The notes: generated from the letters alone by a model not told the origin. DNA of 36,151 nucleotides from Actinomycetes bacterium (GCA_021798135.1 JAJZYI010000001.1:1-36151); one strand, 5' to 3'. Shown: positions 18,300 to 27,146, numbered from the stretch's first letter. Translations and numbers: made by a program.

Positions 18300-19256
18300 A
18301 CCGCCGGCGAGCCGGTGGAAGGTCACGGCGGCGGCGGTGGCGACGTTCAGGGAGTCGACGCCCGGCGCCATCGGGATCGTCACGACGTGGTCGGCGGCGG
18401 CGATGGCCGCCGCCGACAGGCCCGGGCCCTCCGCGCCGAGCACGACCGCCATGCCCGGCCGGGCCGGGTCGAGGAGCGCGGCGAGCTCGCCGGGGCCGAC
18501 CGGCGGGCGCCCGGCGCCGGGAGGTGGCGGGCGCGGCACGAGCGCGGCCACCGCGAAGCCGGCGTCGCGCAGCTCGTGGAGCGCGTCCGGCCACGGCGAC
18601 AGCCGCGCGAACGGCACGTGCAGGACGTGGCCGACCGAGACCCGGACCGCCCGGCGGTAGAGCGGGTCGGCGCACGTGGGGTCGAGCAGCACCGCCGCGA
18701 CGCCGAACGCCGCCGCGTTGCGGAACAGCGCGCCGAGGTTCTCGTGGTCGTTGACGCCCTCCACGACGGCCACCACCGGCGGCCCTCCGCCGGCGCTCGG
18801 CCGCCTGCCAGCTCGGGTCAGGAGCCGGCCGGCGTCGACGGGATCGGGTCGCCCGGCGACGGCCACGACGCCGCGGTGCAGCGCGAAGCCGACCGTGGCT
18901 GCCACCACCGGCCGGCTGCCGACGAACACCCGCGCGCCGCGCGAGCGCGCTGCGTCCACCAGGTCTGCCACTGCCACCGCCTGGTGGTCGTCGACCAGGA
19001 GGGAGCGGATCTCGAAGGGGGAGGTCAGGAGCTGGCGCACGGCGACGCGGCCCTCCACGACGACGACGTCGTCGTCGGCGCCCCGGCGGCGGCGCAGCGC
19101 GGCGTCGTCCAGGTCGCGGTAGTCGGCGAGCCGGGGGTCGGCCGGGTCGTCCACCTCGACCAGCTCGCCGGGGGGCCCAGCGGGCCCGGCGGTCGGCACG
19201 GCGTCAGCCCCGGGGCGACCGCGTCGGCAGGCGGCCGTGGCATGCCATGGTGCCAT
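18297..19256 (-). CDS. TrmH/SpoU-family RNA 2'-O-methyltransferase
   Basis: DDPADPRLADYRDL N-terminal motif, NHENLGALFRNAAAFG, VLGAEGPGLS and IPMAPGVDSLNVATAAAVTFHRL are SpoU motifs 1-3. The start is uncertain: ATG 19256 lacks an RBS and an internal GTG is possible. Confidence 0.85.
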   Translation of the reverse strand: MAPWHATAACRRGRPGADAVPTAGPAGPPGELVEVDDPADPRLADYRDLDDAALRRRRGADDDVVVVEGRVAVRQLLTSPFEIRSLLVDDHQAVAVADLVDAARSRGARVFVGSRPVVAATVGFALHRGVVAVAGRPDPVDAGRLLTRAGRRPSAGGGPPVVAVVEGVNDHENLGALFRNAAAFGVAAVLLDPTCADPLYRRAVRVSVGHVLHVPFARLSPWPDALHELRDAGFAVAALVPRPPPPGAGRPPVGPGELAALLDPARPGMAVVLGAEGPGLSAAAIAAADHVVTIPMAPGVDSLNVATAAAVTFHRLAGG

Positions 19257-19296
19257 CGTACGGACCCGCCGGGTCCCCGCGCGCGTGGGGCCGGGC

Positions 19297-19713
19297 TCAG
19301 CCCAACCGCTGCAGCTCCACGACGGGGATCACCCGGGTGGTCTTGGCCGCGTACTCGGCGAAGCCCGGGTAGCGGCTCGCCTGCTCCGCGTACACGCGGT
19401 CCCGGTCCGGCCCGGTCACCACCACGGCCACCGCCGGGTAGGTCTCGTCGCCGGCCTCCACGGTGACCTCGGGCCGGGCGACGACGTTGTGGTACCAGTC
19501 CGGGTGGGTGTCGGCGCCGGCCTTGGAGGCGAACACGTAGCGGTGCCCGTCGAGGTCGAGGTACATCATGGGGTTCACCCGCTCGGCGCCGCTACGGGCG
19601 CCCGTGGTGTGCAGCAGGAGCAGCGGGGCGCCCTCGAACTGGCCTCCGACCCTGCCGCCGTTGGCGCGGAACTCGTCGATGATCCTGGCGTTCCAGTCGT
19701 GCACGTCGCTCAT
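19297..19713 (-). CDS. Deazaflavin (F420)-dependent nitroreductase-family protein (Ddn-like, PF04075)
   Basis: MSDVHDWNARIIDEFRANGGRVGGQFEGAPLLLLHTTGARSGAERVNPMMY...ASKAGADTHPDWYHNVVARPEVTVE...YPGFAEYAAKTTRVIPVVELQ is a near-textbook family signature. ATG 19713. Confidence 0.9.
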   Translation of the reverse strand: MSDVHDWNARIIDEFRANGGRVGGQFEGAPLLLLHTTGARSGAERVNPMMYLDLDGHRYVFASKAGADTHPDWYHNVVARPEVTVEAGDETYPAVAVVVTGPDRDRVYAEQASRYPGFAEYAAKTTRVIPVVELQRLG

Positions 19714-19793
19714 GTCGGCCTCGCCTCGTCGTCGTCGCCGGCATGGCCGCCGGCCGGGGCGCCCGCAGGCGGGGATGCCCCGGTGCGAGGGTA

Positions 19794-19977
19794 GCGGGCC
19801 AGGGGCGGTCACGACATGGTCGCCGGCGCCGGGCCGGTCGCGGGCCAGGGGCGGTCACGACATGGTCGCCGGCGCCGGGCCGGTCGCGGTGCGGGGGCGG
19901 TCACGACATGGTCGCCGGCGCCGGGCCGGTAGCGGGCCAGGGGCGGTCACGACATGGTCGCCGGCGCCGGGCCGGCC
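19794..19977. repeat. 46-bp tandem repeat x4; the fourth copy is the 3' end (last codons plus stop) of the MFS gene
   Basis: Unit gcgggccaggggcggtcacgacatggtcgccggcgccgggccggtc. Copies start at 19794, 19840, 19886 and 19932, and tcacgacatgg recurs with an exact 46-bp period at 19809/19855/19901/19947. Each copy keeps the ...ACC ATG TCG TGA (minus strand) gene end. Confidence 0.95.
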
Positions 19978-21854
19978 GCGGCGTGCAGGGCGGCCAGTTC
20001 CGCGTCCACCCGCCGGCGGTGCTCCTCGGCGTCGCGACGCGCCGACGACCGCCGCCAGCGGCCGCTCATGAACAGCACCGTCGGCAGCAGCAGGGCCTCG
20101 CCGGCGACGCACACCCACCACCAGGCCTGCCACTGCCCGGGTGCCTGCCGGCGGGCTGCCAGCACCTGGGCGCCGTGCGCGGCCAGGTACGCCCGGTCGG
20201 CGGGGGGGACCTTGCTGGCCGCGACCAGCCGGGTGACCGCCTGGGGCTCCGTGACGTGCAGGTGCGCGGCGACCTGGCCGATGGCGGCGCTGACGGCGGC
20301 GCGGTTCCCCTGGTTGGCGGCGAGCTCGGCCCGCGTGGCCGGGTCGATGGCCTGCAGGGTCGCGACCTGCGCTGGGTAGCGGGCCTCGATCGCCTGCAGC
20401 TGCCGGCCGTACTGGGCGATCGGCGTCACCGACGTCACGACGTACGGGATGACGAGGAACGAGGCGGCGACGACGACGCGCAGGATCCACCCCCACACGG
20501 CCAGCCCGGTGGCCACCAGCGCCGGGTTGCGGTGCTCGACGGTCTCGGTGAACGCCGCCATCCACGGCGAGTACGCGACGCCCCGACTGGCCGACATCAG
20601 GGAGACGATGACCACGAACGTGGCGTAGCTCGTGGCGGCGTCGGTGGTGCGCAAGGCGAAGACGGTCGTCATGGCGATCGCGGCCAGCGCACCGGCGACG
20701 ATGAACGGCTTGCGGACCCCCACGCGGTCCGAGAGCGCGCCGATGACGACCACCGCGACGGCGTCCGCCGCCCAGAACCAGTTGCCGAGCCCGTTGGCCT
20801 GCGCCTGGCTGAAACCGAAGACGGCGGAGAAGTAGATGACGAAGAAGCCGACGGCCGCGTAGTAGATGAGCAGGAACAGGCTGATGCCGAGGGCCGGCAC
20901 CATCACCGAGGGGGTGACCATCTGGCGCCAGGGGCGGCGGGTGGCCGCCGCCACGTCGATGCCCCGGGCGCGGGCCTCGATCAGGGCCCGCTCCCGAACC
21001 GAGACCATCCGCTGGTCGCGCAGCTGGGGTGAGAGCTCGCGCAGGAACACGAACGCGACCACGAACACGACGAGGCCGGTGGCCCCAGCGATGTGGAACT
21101 GGTCCTGCCAGGCGTGGAGGTGGTCGAGCGTGTTCGACGCGACCTCGGAGACCACCAGGCTGCCCATCACCGGCCCGACGGTCCACAGCCCCATGGCCGT
21201 GCCGCGGCCCAGCTGCGGCGAGAAGTCGCGCACCAGGGCGGGGGAGGCGACCAGCACCATGCCCTCGACGAAGCCCACGACCGCCACGAGGGCGGTGTAC
21301 GTCGCCGGGTCGGGTGCGGACGGGATGCCCACGGCGGTCACCAGACTGGCGGCCAGCAGCCCGAAGACCACCAGGTTGGCGCGGCCCCATCGGTCGGCGA
21401 GGCCCGCCACCAGCGACGCCACCGCGCCGGTCGCGCTCGAGATCACGACCACCCCGAGGTAGAAGCGGAACGAGATCCCGAAGTGCTCCATGATCGCCGG
21501 TCCCACCGACCCACCCACGTACTGCTGGTAGTAGAGGACGATGGTGGCGAGGACGGCCACCGCCAGGTAGCCGGTGCGCGGCCCGGCGTCCGGGTAGGCG
21601 TGGAGCTTGCGGTCCCACGGATGCAGGCGGCGGACGCCGGAGGGGCCGGTGCCCGGCCCGCGGGGCCGCTGTTCGGTGGCGGCGTCGGCCGTCGCCCCGG
21701 TGCCGGCACGGTGGCCGGCGTCCAGGAGGGCGCGGCCGGTGGTGGCTGCGGCCGGGGTCGCCGGCGAGCGCGTGCCGGCCGACGAGCCGGAGGCGGCCCC
21801 GGCCCCGGTGGATCCCGGGTCCGGCGGCCGGTCGTCGGCGTGCGGTGTCGTCAT
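19947..21854 (-). CDS. Major facilitator superfamily transporter with a C-terminal extension
   Basis: Multiple hydrophobic helices with MFS loop motifs (GLADRWGRANLVV, ALSDRVGVRKPF). After the core comes a roughly 150-aa helical segment, one more TM (WQAWWWVCVAGEALLLPTVLF) and a basic tail. The first ~90 aa are low complexity, so the true start may lie downstream. Confidence 0.8.
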   Translation of the reverse strand: MTTPHADDRPPDPGSTGAGAASGSSAGTRSPATPAAATTGRALLDAGHRAGTGATADAATEQRPRGPGTGPSGVRRLHPWDRKLHAYPDAGPRTGYLAVAVLATIVLYYQQYVGGSVGPAIMEHFGISFRFYLGVVVISSATGAVASLVAGLADRWGRANLVVFGLLAASLVTAVGIPSAPDPATYTALVAVVGFVEGMVLVASPALVRDFSPQLGRGTAMGLWTVGPVMGSLVVSEVASNTLDHLHAWQDQFHIAGATGLVVFVVAFVFLRELSPQLRDQRMVSVRERALIEARARGIDVAAATRRPWRQMVTPSVMVPALGISLFLLIYYAAVGFFVIYFSAVFGFSQAQANGLGNWFWAADAVAVVVIGALSDRVGVRKPFIVAGALAAIAMTTVFALRTTDAATSYATFVVIVSLMSASRGVAYSPWMAAFTETVEHRNPALVATGLAVWGWILRVVVAASFLVIPYVVTSVTPIAQYGRQLQAIEARYPAQVATLQAIDPATRAELAANQGNRAAVSAAIGQVAAHLHVTEPQAVTRLVAASKVPPADRAYLAAHGAQVLAARRQAPGQWQAWWWVCVAGEALLLPTVLFMSGRWRRSSARRDAEEHRRRVDAELAALHAAAGPAPATMS

Positions 21855-21992
21855 GGCCCCTCCCGGGTCCGAGTCCCCACAAGATCATGTCACGTGTCGT
21901 GTCAAGTGTTATGGAGAAGGTTGCGGCCGGGATCCCGCCGTGGCCGGAACCGGTGGGGCAAGGTGTGGGGACCGGCGACCGGGAGGGCGACG

Positions 21993-23114
21993 ATGCTGGT
22001 TGGCGTGCCGCGCGAGGTGAAGGACGACGAGTACCGGGTGGCGATGACCCCGGCCGGCGTCCACGAGCTGGTGCGCGCCGGGCACCGCGTGCTCGTCGAG
22101 CGCGGTGCCGGCGACGGCTCGTCGATCGGTGACGGCGAGTACGCCGACGCCGGTGCGTCGGTGGTGGCGACCGCCGACGACGTGTGGGCGGAAGCGGAGC
22201 TGGTCGTGAAGGTGAAGGAGCCGGTGGAGGCCGAGCACCCCCGGCTCCGCCCCGGCCAGGTGCTCTTCGCCTACCTGCACCTGGCCGCGTCGCGAGCGTG
22301 CACCGAGGCGCTGCTCGTGTCGGGCACCACCGCCGTGGCGTTCGAGACGGTGCAGCTCGCCGACGGCACTCTTCCCCTGCTCTACCCGATGTCCGAGGTG
22401 GCGGGGCGGATGGCCGCCCAGGTGGGCGCCCACTTCCTCGAGCGCGAGGCCGGCGGGCGCGGCGTGCTCATGGGCGGCGTGTCGGGAGCGCGCGACGCGC
22501 AGGTCGTCGTGCTGGGCGCGGGCGTCGCCGGCACCAACGCCGCGCACGTCGCCGTCGGCATGGGCGCGGCCACGTGCGTCCTCGACCGCGACGTCGCCAA
22601 GCTGCGCGCCCTCGACCGGATGTTCCAGGGTCGGCTGCAGACGCTGGCGTCGACCGCCTACGAGATCGAGCGGGTCGTGCTCCAGGCCGACCTGGTGGTC
22701 GGCGCCGTCCTGGTCACCGGGGCGCGCGCCCCCGAGCTCGTGACCGGGGACCTCGTCCGGCGCATGAAGCCCGGCGCGGTGCTGGTCGACGTCTCGATCG
22801 ACCAGGGCGGATGCTTCGAGCCGAGCCGGCCGACGACGCACTCGCGCCCGACCTTCGCCGTGCACGACACCATCTTCTACTGCGTGGCGAACATGCCCGG
22901 TGCGGTGCCCCACACCTCCACGCACGCGCTGGCGAACGTCACGCTCCCGTACGTCCTGGAGATCGCCGAGCGTGGCATCGCCGGGGCCGTCCACGCCGAC
23001 CCGGCGCTGGCCCGCGGCGTGAACGTCGCCGGCGGCGCCGTGGTCTACCCGGCGGTGGCACAGGCGCACGGGATGGCGTGGGCGGAGCTCGGGGGAACGT
23101 TGCCGCCCGGCTGA
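21993..23114 (+). CDS. ald: L-alanine dehydrogenase
   Basis: MLVGVPREVKDDEYRVAMTPAGVHELV...VKVKEP...LFAYLHLAA...YPMSEVAGRMA...VVVLGAGVAGTNAA...VLVDVSIDQGGCFE...FYCVANMPGAVP shows full-length Ald signatures. GGGAGGG lies 6 nt before ATG 21993. Confidence 0.93.
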   Translation: MLVGVPREVKDDEYRVAMTPAGVHELVRAGHRVLVERGAGDGSSIGDGEYADAGASVVATADDVWAEAELVVKVKEPVEAEHPRLRPGQVLFAYLHLAASRACTEALLVSGTTAVAFETVQLADGTLPLLYPMSEVAGRMAAQVGAHFLEREAGGRGVLMGGVSGARDAQVVVLGAGVAGTNAAHVAVGMGAATCVLDRDVAKLRALDRMFQGRLQTLASTAYEIERVVLQADLVVGAVLVTGARAPELVTGDLVRRMKPGAVLVDVSIDQGGCFEPSRPTTHSRPTFAVHDTIFYCVANMPGAVPHTSTHALANVTLPYVLEIAERGIAGAVHADPALARGVNVAGGAVVYPAVAQAHGMAWAELGGTLPPG

Positions 23115-23170
23115 CGGCGCGCCGTCGGGTGGCCGGCCCTGGATGTGCGCCGGGACTCGGCCCGCACGGC

Positions 23171-23680
23171 ATGATGTCGGCGGTGCTCATGCTCCTGATC
23201 CGACATGCGGACGCCGGCTCGCGCCGGGAGTGGGCTGGCGACGACCGCGACCGGCCCCTCTCGGCGCTCGGCGTCCACCAGGCGCGCGCCCTGGCCGACG
23301 CCCTCGTCGAGCACAAGCCGGCGCTCATCGCCACCAGCCCCTACCTGCGGTGCCTGCAGACCGTCCTGCCGCTGGCGGACGCGGCCGGCCGGCCAGTGGT
23401 CCCGGTGGAGGCGCTCGGCGTGCAGGGCGCTCCCGAGGCCGGCACGACGCTGCAGCTGCTGGCGCGGCGCGGCACGGGCCCGCCGGTCGATCCCGATCTG
23501 GCCGAGCCCGTGATCGCCGTCTGCACGCACGGCGAGGTCATCGCCGCTGGCCTCGACGCCCTGGGGGCCACCGCGTTGGCGGCGGGCGCGGCCGCGCCCG
23601 GCCCCAAGGCCGGCACCTGGCTGCTGCGCTTCGACGGCGACCGGCTGGTCGACGTGGGGCACCTCGCACCGCCGGCCTGA
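23171..23680 (+). CDS. Histidine phosphatase family protein (SixA-like)
   Basis: LLIRHADAG (RHG-type catalytic motif), RPLSALGVHQARALADAL, and TSPYLRCLQT...CTHGEVI (second His). Confidence 0.75.
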   Translation: MMSAVLMLLIRHADAGSRREWAGDDRDRPLSALGVHQARALADALVEHKPALIATSPYLRCLQTVLPLADAAGRPVVPVEALGVQGAPEAGTTLQLLARRGTGPPVDPDLAEPVIAVCTHGEVIAAGLDALGATALAAGAAAPGPKAGTWLLRFDGDRLVDVGHLAPPA

Positions 23681-23696
23681 GGGACGCGTCGGCGGG

Positions 23697-23762
23697 CGCC
23701 GAGCCGGTACGAACCGGCGGCGGGCCCCGGGGTCGCCGCCGGCCGAGCCGGTACGATCCGGC
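23697..23762. promoter_or_regulatory. Two copies of a palindromic box directly upstream of the TetR gene (candidate operator)
   Basis: cgccgagCCGGTacgaACCGGc (23697-23718) and gccgagCCGGTacgatCCGGc (23742-23762). The second ends 2 nt before the GTG 23764 start. Inverted half-sites are CCGGT / ACCGG. Confidence 0.35.
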
Positions 23763-23763
23763 C

Positions 23764-24414
23764 GTGCACAAGGCGACCGACCATCGCGGCGACGACGACC
23801 GGGACCGGCGGCGCGAGGAGCGGCGCCGGCAGATGGTCGAAGCCGCCGTGCGCGTCATCCGACGCGACGGGCCGGACGCGTCGATGGACCGCTTCGCGGC
23901 GGAGGCGGGCGTGGCCAAGCCCATCCTGTACCGGGTCTTCGGGGACCGATCGGGACTGCACCGAGCGGTGGGGGAGTACGCCTTCGCGTCGCTCGGCGCC
24001 GGCATCGACCAGGCGCTGGCGGCCCGCGACGTCCCACCGCGCCGGATGGTAGCGGACGCCATCGACAGCTACCTGGCGTTCGTGGAGCGCGAGCCCGCGC
24101 TCTACACGTTCCTGGCCGAGCGCGCCGACACCGGTGCGAAGCGGCGGACGGTCGACGACTACCTCAGCCGGGTCAGCCGGCAGGTTGCCCGTCTCCTCGG
24201 CGACCGGCTGCGGGCGATGGGGGCGGATGCCGGTGCCGCCGAGCCCTGGGCCTTCGGCATCGTGGGCATGGCGGTGGCGGCCGGGTCGTGGTGGCTCGAC
24301 CGCGGCTCGATGAGCCGCGAGCAGCTCGGTGCCTACCTGACCGAGCTGGTCTGCGATGGTCTCCCCGGCGTCGGGCGGACTGGAGCCGGCCGGCCGGACG
24401 CGACCGCGTCGTAG
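23764..24414 (+). CDS. TetR/AcrR family transcriptional regulator
   Basis: N-terminal HTH: RRRQMVEAAVRVIRRDGPDASMDRFAAEAGVAKPILYRVFGDRSGL. About 215 aa with a helical C-terminal ligand domain. GTG 23764 start inferred. Confidence 0.85.
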   Translation: MHKATDHRGDDDRDRRREERRRQMVEAAVRVIRRDGPDASMDRFAAEAGVAKPILYRVFGDRSGLHRAVGEYAFASLGAGIDQALAARDVPPRRMVADAIDSYLAFVEREPALYTFLAERADTGAKRRTVDDYLSRVSRQVARLLGDRLRAMGADAGAAEPWAFGIVGMAVAAGSWWLDRGSMSREQLGAYLTELVCDGLPGVGRTGAGRPDATAS

Positions 24415-24415
24415 C

Positions 24416-24516
24416 GACGGCTGGCCTGACTCGGTCGCCGCCGGGTGACGGCTGGCTGACCCGGTCGCCGCCGGGTGACGGCTGGCCTGACTCGGTCGCC
24501 GCCGGGTGACGGCTGC
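24416..24516. repeat. 31-bp tandem repeat x3.3 starting 2 nt after the TetR stop
   Basis: gacggctggcctgactcggtcgccgccgggt (24416-24446), a 30-nt variant (24447-24476), an exact copy (24477-24507), then a partial unit. Confidence 0.9.
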
Positions 24517-24967
24517 CCGCCGCCCGGCCTCGCGGCGTGGTGGCTCCCCGTGCCGGGCGCCTGTGGACGAGCGGGCCCTCGGCTGGGGATCATCCCGGCC
24601 GGGTTGGGGACGACGGCCCGTCGCCTGGGGACAGAGCGCCCGAATCTGGTGGACAACGTCTGGATTTCGCGCCACCCCCTTGTGCCACGTTGCCTTCGGG
24701 CGCAGAGTGGACGTAGCGAGCTCGGAGGTTGCCCACCGCCGCCGGTGCGCTCCGGATTGCCGGTGCGCCTGCCGGGGGGCCGTCCGAGCAGCGCGGCGAG
24801 CGAGGCGACCGGACCGGCTCCCCGGAGCCCGCTCGGTCGGTGCCACGCCGGGGAACGTCCGACCCCGGCATGGACGCCCGCTCGCCGCAGGGCGTGCGCC
24901 CCGGGCGCGGTCGGCCGTGCCGGCCAGCGACCGGGGCTGCGCCGCGCCCGGAGCGGGCCGCCAGCTT

Positions 24968-25011
24968 GTCAGCAGCACGCCACCGCTCGTCGCAGCAGCA
25001 CGCTGCCGCTC
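24968..25011. repeat. 21/23-bp tandem repeat x2 immediately downstream of the acylphosphatase stop
   Basis: gtcagcagcacgccaccgctc / gtcgcagcagcacgctgccgctc. The second unit contains the hairpin gcagc-ac-gctgc. It lies 6 nt from the stop at 25017-25019. Confidence 0.75.
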
Positions 25012-25016
25012 GCCGA

Positions 25017-25313
25017 TCAGCGGACGGCGAAGCCGATGGGCAGGGGATCGGTGCCTGGCGGCGGGTCGGACACTTCCACCCCCGTCACGCGGGCGAACCT
25101 CGGTCCCTGGCGGCACCAGGCGATCACGGCGTCGACCGCGGCGGCCGGGCCGACGAGGACCGCCTCCACCGAGCCGTCCGACCGGTTCGCCGCCCAGCCG
25201 GCGACACCGGCCTCCCTTGCTCGCGCCGCGCACGATGCCCGGAAACCGACACCCTGCACGCGCCCGCGCACCACGACGCGGCGGCGCACCGTCGGGTCCG
25301 AAGCGCCGAGCAC
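25017..25313 (-). CDS. acyP: Acylphosphatase
   Basis: RRRVVVRGRVQGVGFRASCAARAREAGVAGWAANRSDGSVEAVLVG...VIAWCRQGPRFARV has the V-x-G-x-V-Q-G-V-x-F-R signature. GTG 25313 lies 4 nt after the upstream gene's stop. Confidence 0.85.
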   Translation of the reverse strand: MLGASDPTVRRRVVVRGRVQGVGFRASCAARAREAGVAGWAANRSDGSVEAVLVGPAAAVDAVIAWCRQGPRFARVTGVEVSDPPPGTDPLPIGFAVR

Positions 25314-25317
25314 AGCG

Positions 25318-26223
25318 TCAGGCGCCCACCGGCCACAGCCATTCGGGGCGGTCGCCGACAGCCACCATCGTGGCGAGGTCGCCACTCACCCGGGGCAGGT
25401 CGTCGGCGTGCGTCACGCCCACGACCCTGCCGGGTCCCGGCAGCACGCGCACCCCAGGTGAGCCTGCCGTCGCCGCCATCTCGCCGACGACCTCGGGCAG
25501 CAGCACCTCGACGTCGTCGGTGGCAGCCCCGTCGGCGACGGCGCCGCCGTCGTCGACCTGGGGGTGCACCGCCGTGACGGCCTTGGCCAGCTCGTCCCAG
25601 ATCCGGGGCCGGAAGCCCCAGAGGTTCACCGAGACGGGCGTGTCGGCCGGCAGCACGGCGGGCTGGCGCCCGTCGCCGGCGGCGAAGCTGCCGTCGGTGA
25701 GCCGGCGCACCTGCTTGCGCTCGTCGATCCCCACCAGGGCGCCGTCGGCGGTGGCGCGGACCACGCCCCGCGTCACGGGGGCGTCGCCGACCACGGAGTC
25801 GCCGAGGGCGAACGTCACCAGTGCGTGCTCGTCGGTAGGGGACTGGAGGTGCTCACGCAGCCGGGCGAACGCGTCGGCACCGTAGACGTCGTCGCCGTTG
25901 ACGACGGCGAAGGGCCGGTCGCCGACGACGCTGCGGGCGCAGAGCACGGCGTGGGCGGTCCCCAGGGGCCGTTCCTGCCTGGCGACCGCGACGCTGAGCG
26001 AGCGCGGCCACACCCGGAGGACGTGGTACTCGATGGCGGGTCCCGTCACCGGGCCGAGCACCAGCACGATCTCGCCGAAACCGGCGGCGACGGCGTCGGA
26101 CGCCGTCAGGTCGATAACCGCCTCGCCGTGCAAGCCGATCGGTGCCAGCGGCTTGCAGCCGCCGTACCGCTTGGCGAGACCTGCCGCGAGGATCACCGCG
26201 ACCGGCTGCTCGGCAGCGCTCAC
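25318..26223 (-). CDS. Sugar-phosphate nucleotidyltransferase family protein
   Basis: VAVILAAGLAKRYGG (G-x-G-x-R-like NTP loop), RPLGTAHAVLCA, FAVVNGDDVYG, and a C-terminal VVGVTHADDL segment. GTGA overlap with the fabH stop. Confidence 0.75.
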   Translation of the reverse strand: MSAAEQPVAVILAAGLAKRYGGCKPLAPIGLHGEAVIDLTASDAVAAGFGEIVLVLGPVTGPAIEYHVLRVWPRSLSVAVARQERPLGTAHAVLCARSVVGDRPFAVVNGDDVYGADAFARLREHLQSPTDEHALVTFALGDSVVGDAPVTRGVVRATADGALVGIDERKQVRRLTDGSFAAGDGRQPAVLPADTPVSVNLWGFRPRIWDELAKAVTAVHPQVDDGGAVADGAATDDVEVLLPEVVGEMAATAGSPGVRVLPGPGRVVGVTHADDLPRVSGDLATMVAVGDRPEWLWPVGA

Positions 26224-27146
26224 GCGTCCCACCGCAGCACGGCGCTGGCCCAGGTCATGCCGCCGCCGAAACCGGACAGGAGCACGATGTCGCCGAGGTG
26301 CAGGCGGTCCGTCTCGGCCGCGTGCGCGAGGGCGAGCGGGATCGACGCCGAGGACGTGTTGCCGTACCGGTCGATCGTCATGACGTACCGGTCCTCGGTG
26401 ATGCCGAGCCGAGCCGCCGCCGCGGTGATGATGCGGGCGTTGGCCTGGTGGGGGACGAACAGGTCGACGTCGTCGGGCCCGAACCCGGCGCGCTCGAGCG
26501 CCGTCAGCGACGACTCGAGGACGGCGCGCACGGCGTGGCGGAAGATCTCCTTGCCGTTCATCCACAGGTGGCCGCCGTGCTCGCACCGCAGGAGGTGTCG
26601 CAGCGAGCCGTCCGCACCCAGGTGCCAGCCGAGGAGCTGGGAGGGCCCGTCGGTGGCCTCGAGGACCACGGCGCCCGCTCCGTCGCCGACCAGCACCGCG
26701 AGGGTCCGATCGTCCCAGTCGGTGATGCGCGACAGGGTCTCGCTCCCGATCAGCAGCACCCTGCGGGCCCCGGCCATGATCAGCCCGTGGGCGGTCACCA
26801 GGCCGTAGACGAAGCCCGAGCAGGCGGCGTTCAGGTCCATGGCGCCCCCGGCGATGCCGAGCCCGTCCTGGACGGTCGCGGACGTCCCCGGGACGACGGC
26901 GTCAGGCGTGGTCGTGGCCAGCACGAGCACGTCGATGTCGGCGGGCGTCACGCCGGCCCGCGCCAGCGCGGCCCGTCCGGCCGCGATGGCCAGCTCCGAC
27001 GTCGTGCCGCCGATGTGGCGTTCCTTGATGCCGGTCCGTTCGGTGATCCATTCGTCGCTGGTGTCGAGCCGCAGGGACAGGTCGGTGTTGGTGACCACCT
27101 TGTCGGGCACGGCGGTGCCCCAGCCGGTGATGCGTGCGCCGGGCAT
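26220..27146 (-). CDS. fabH: 3-oxoacyl-ACP synthase III (KAS III)
   Basis: ITGWGTAVPDKVVTNTDL...DEWITERTGIKERH, NAACSGFVYGL (Cys), VPHQANARII (His), GNTSSASIPLAL (Asn). GAGGAG lies 5 nt upstream of ATG 27146. Confidence 0.9.
   Translation of the reverse strand: MPGARITGWGTAVPDKVVTNTDLSLRLDTSDEWITERTGIKERHIGGTTSELAIAAGRAALARAGVTPADIDVLVLATTTPDAVVPGTSATVQDGLGIAGGAMDLNAACSGFVYGLVTAHGLIMAGARRVLLIGSETLSRITDWDDRTLAVLVGDGAGAVVLEATDGPSQLLGWHLGADGSLRHLLRCEHGGHLWMNGKEIFRHAVRAVLESSLTALERAGFGPDDVDLFVPHQANARIITAAAARLGITEDRYVMTIDRYGNTSSASIPLALAHAAETDRLHLGDIVLLSGFGGGMTWASAVLRWDA

Noticed and set aside
19794-19977. Possible CRISPR array (four 46-bp repeats)
   Set aside because: The units are contiguous with no unique spacers, there are no cas genes in the window, and the repeat is a copy of the MFS gene's 3' end.
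24517-25016. RNase P RNA, tmRNA or SRP RNA in the long convergent gap
   Set aside because: The conserved cores I know are absent on both strands: GAGGAAAGTCCGG for RNase P, the tRNA-like ...GGTTCGAxTCCCGxCAGCTCCACCA end for tmRNA, and GGAAGCAGC for SRP. The closest piece, GGGGAACGTCCGAC, is not convincing.
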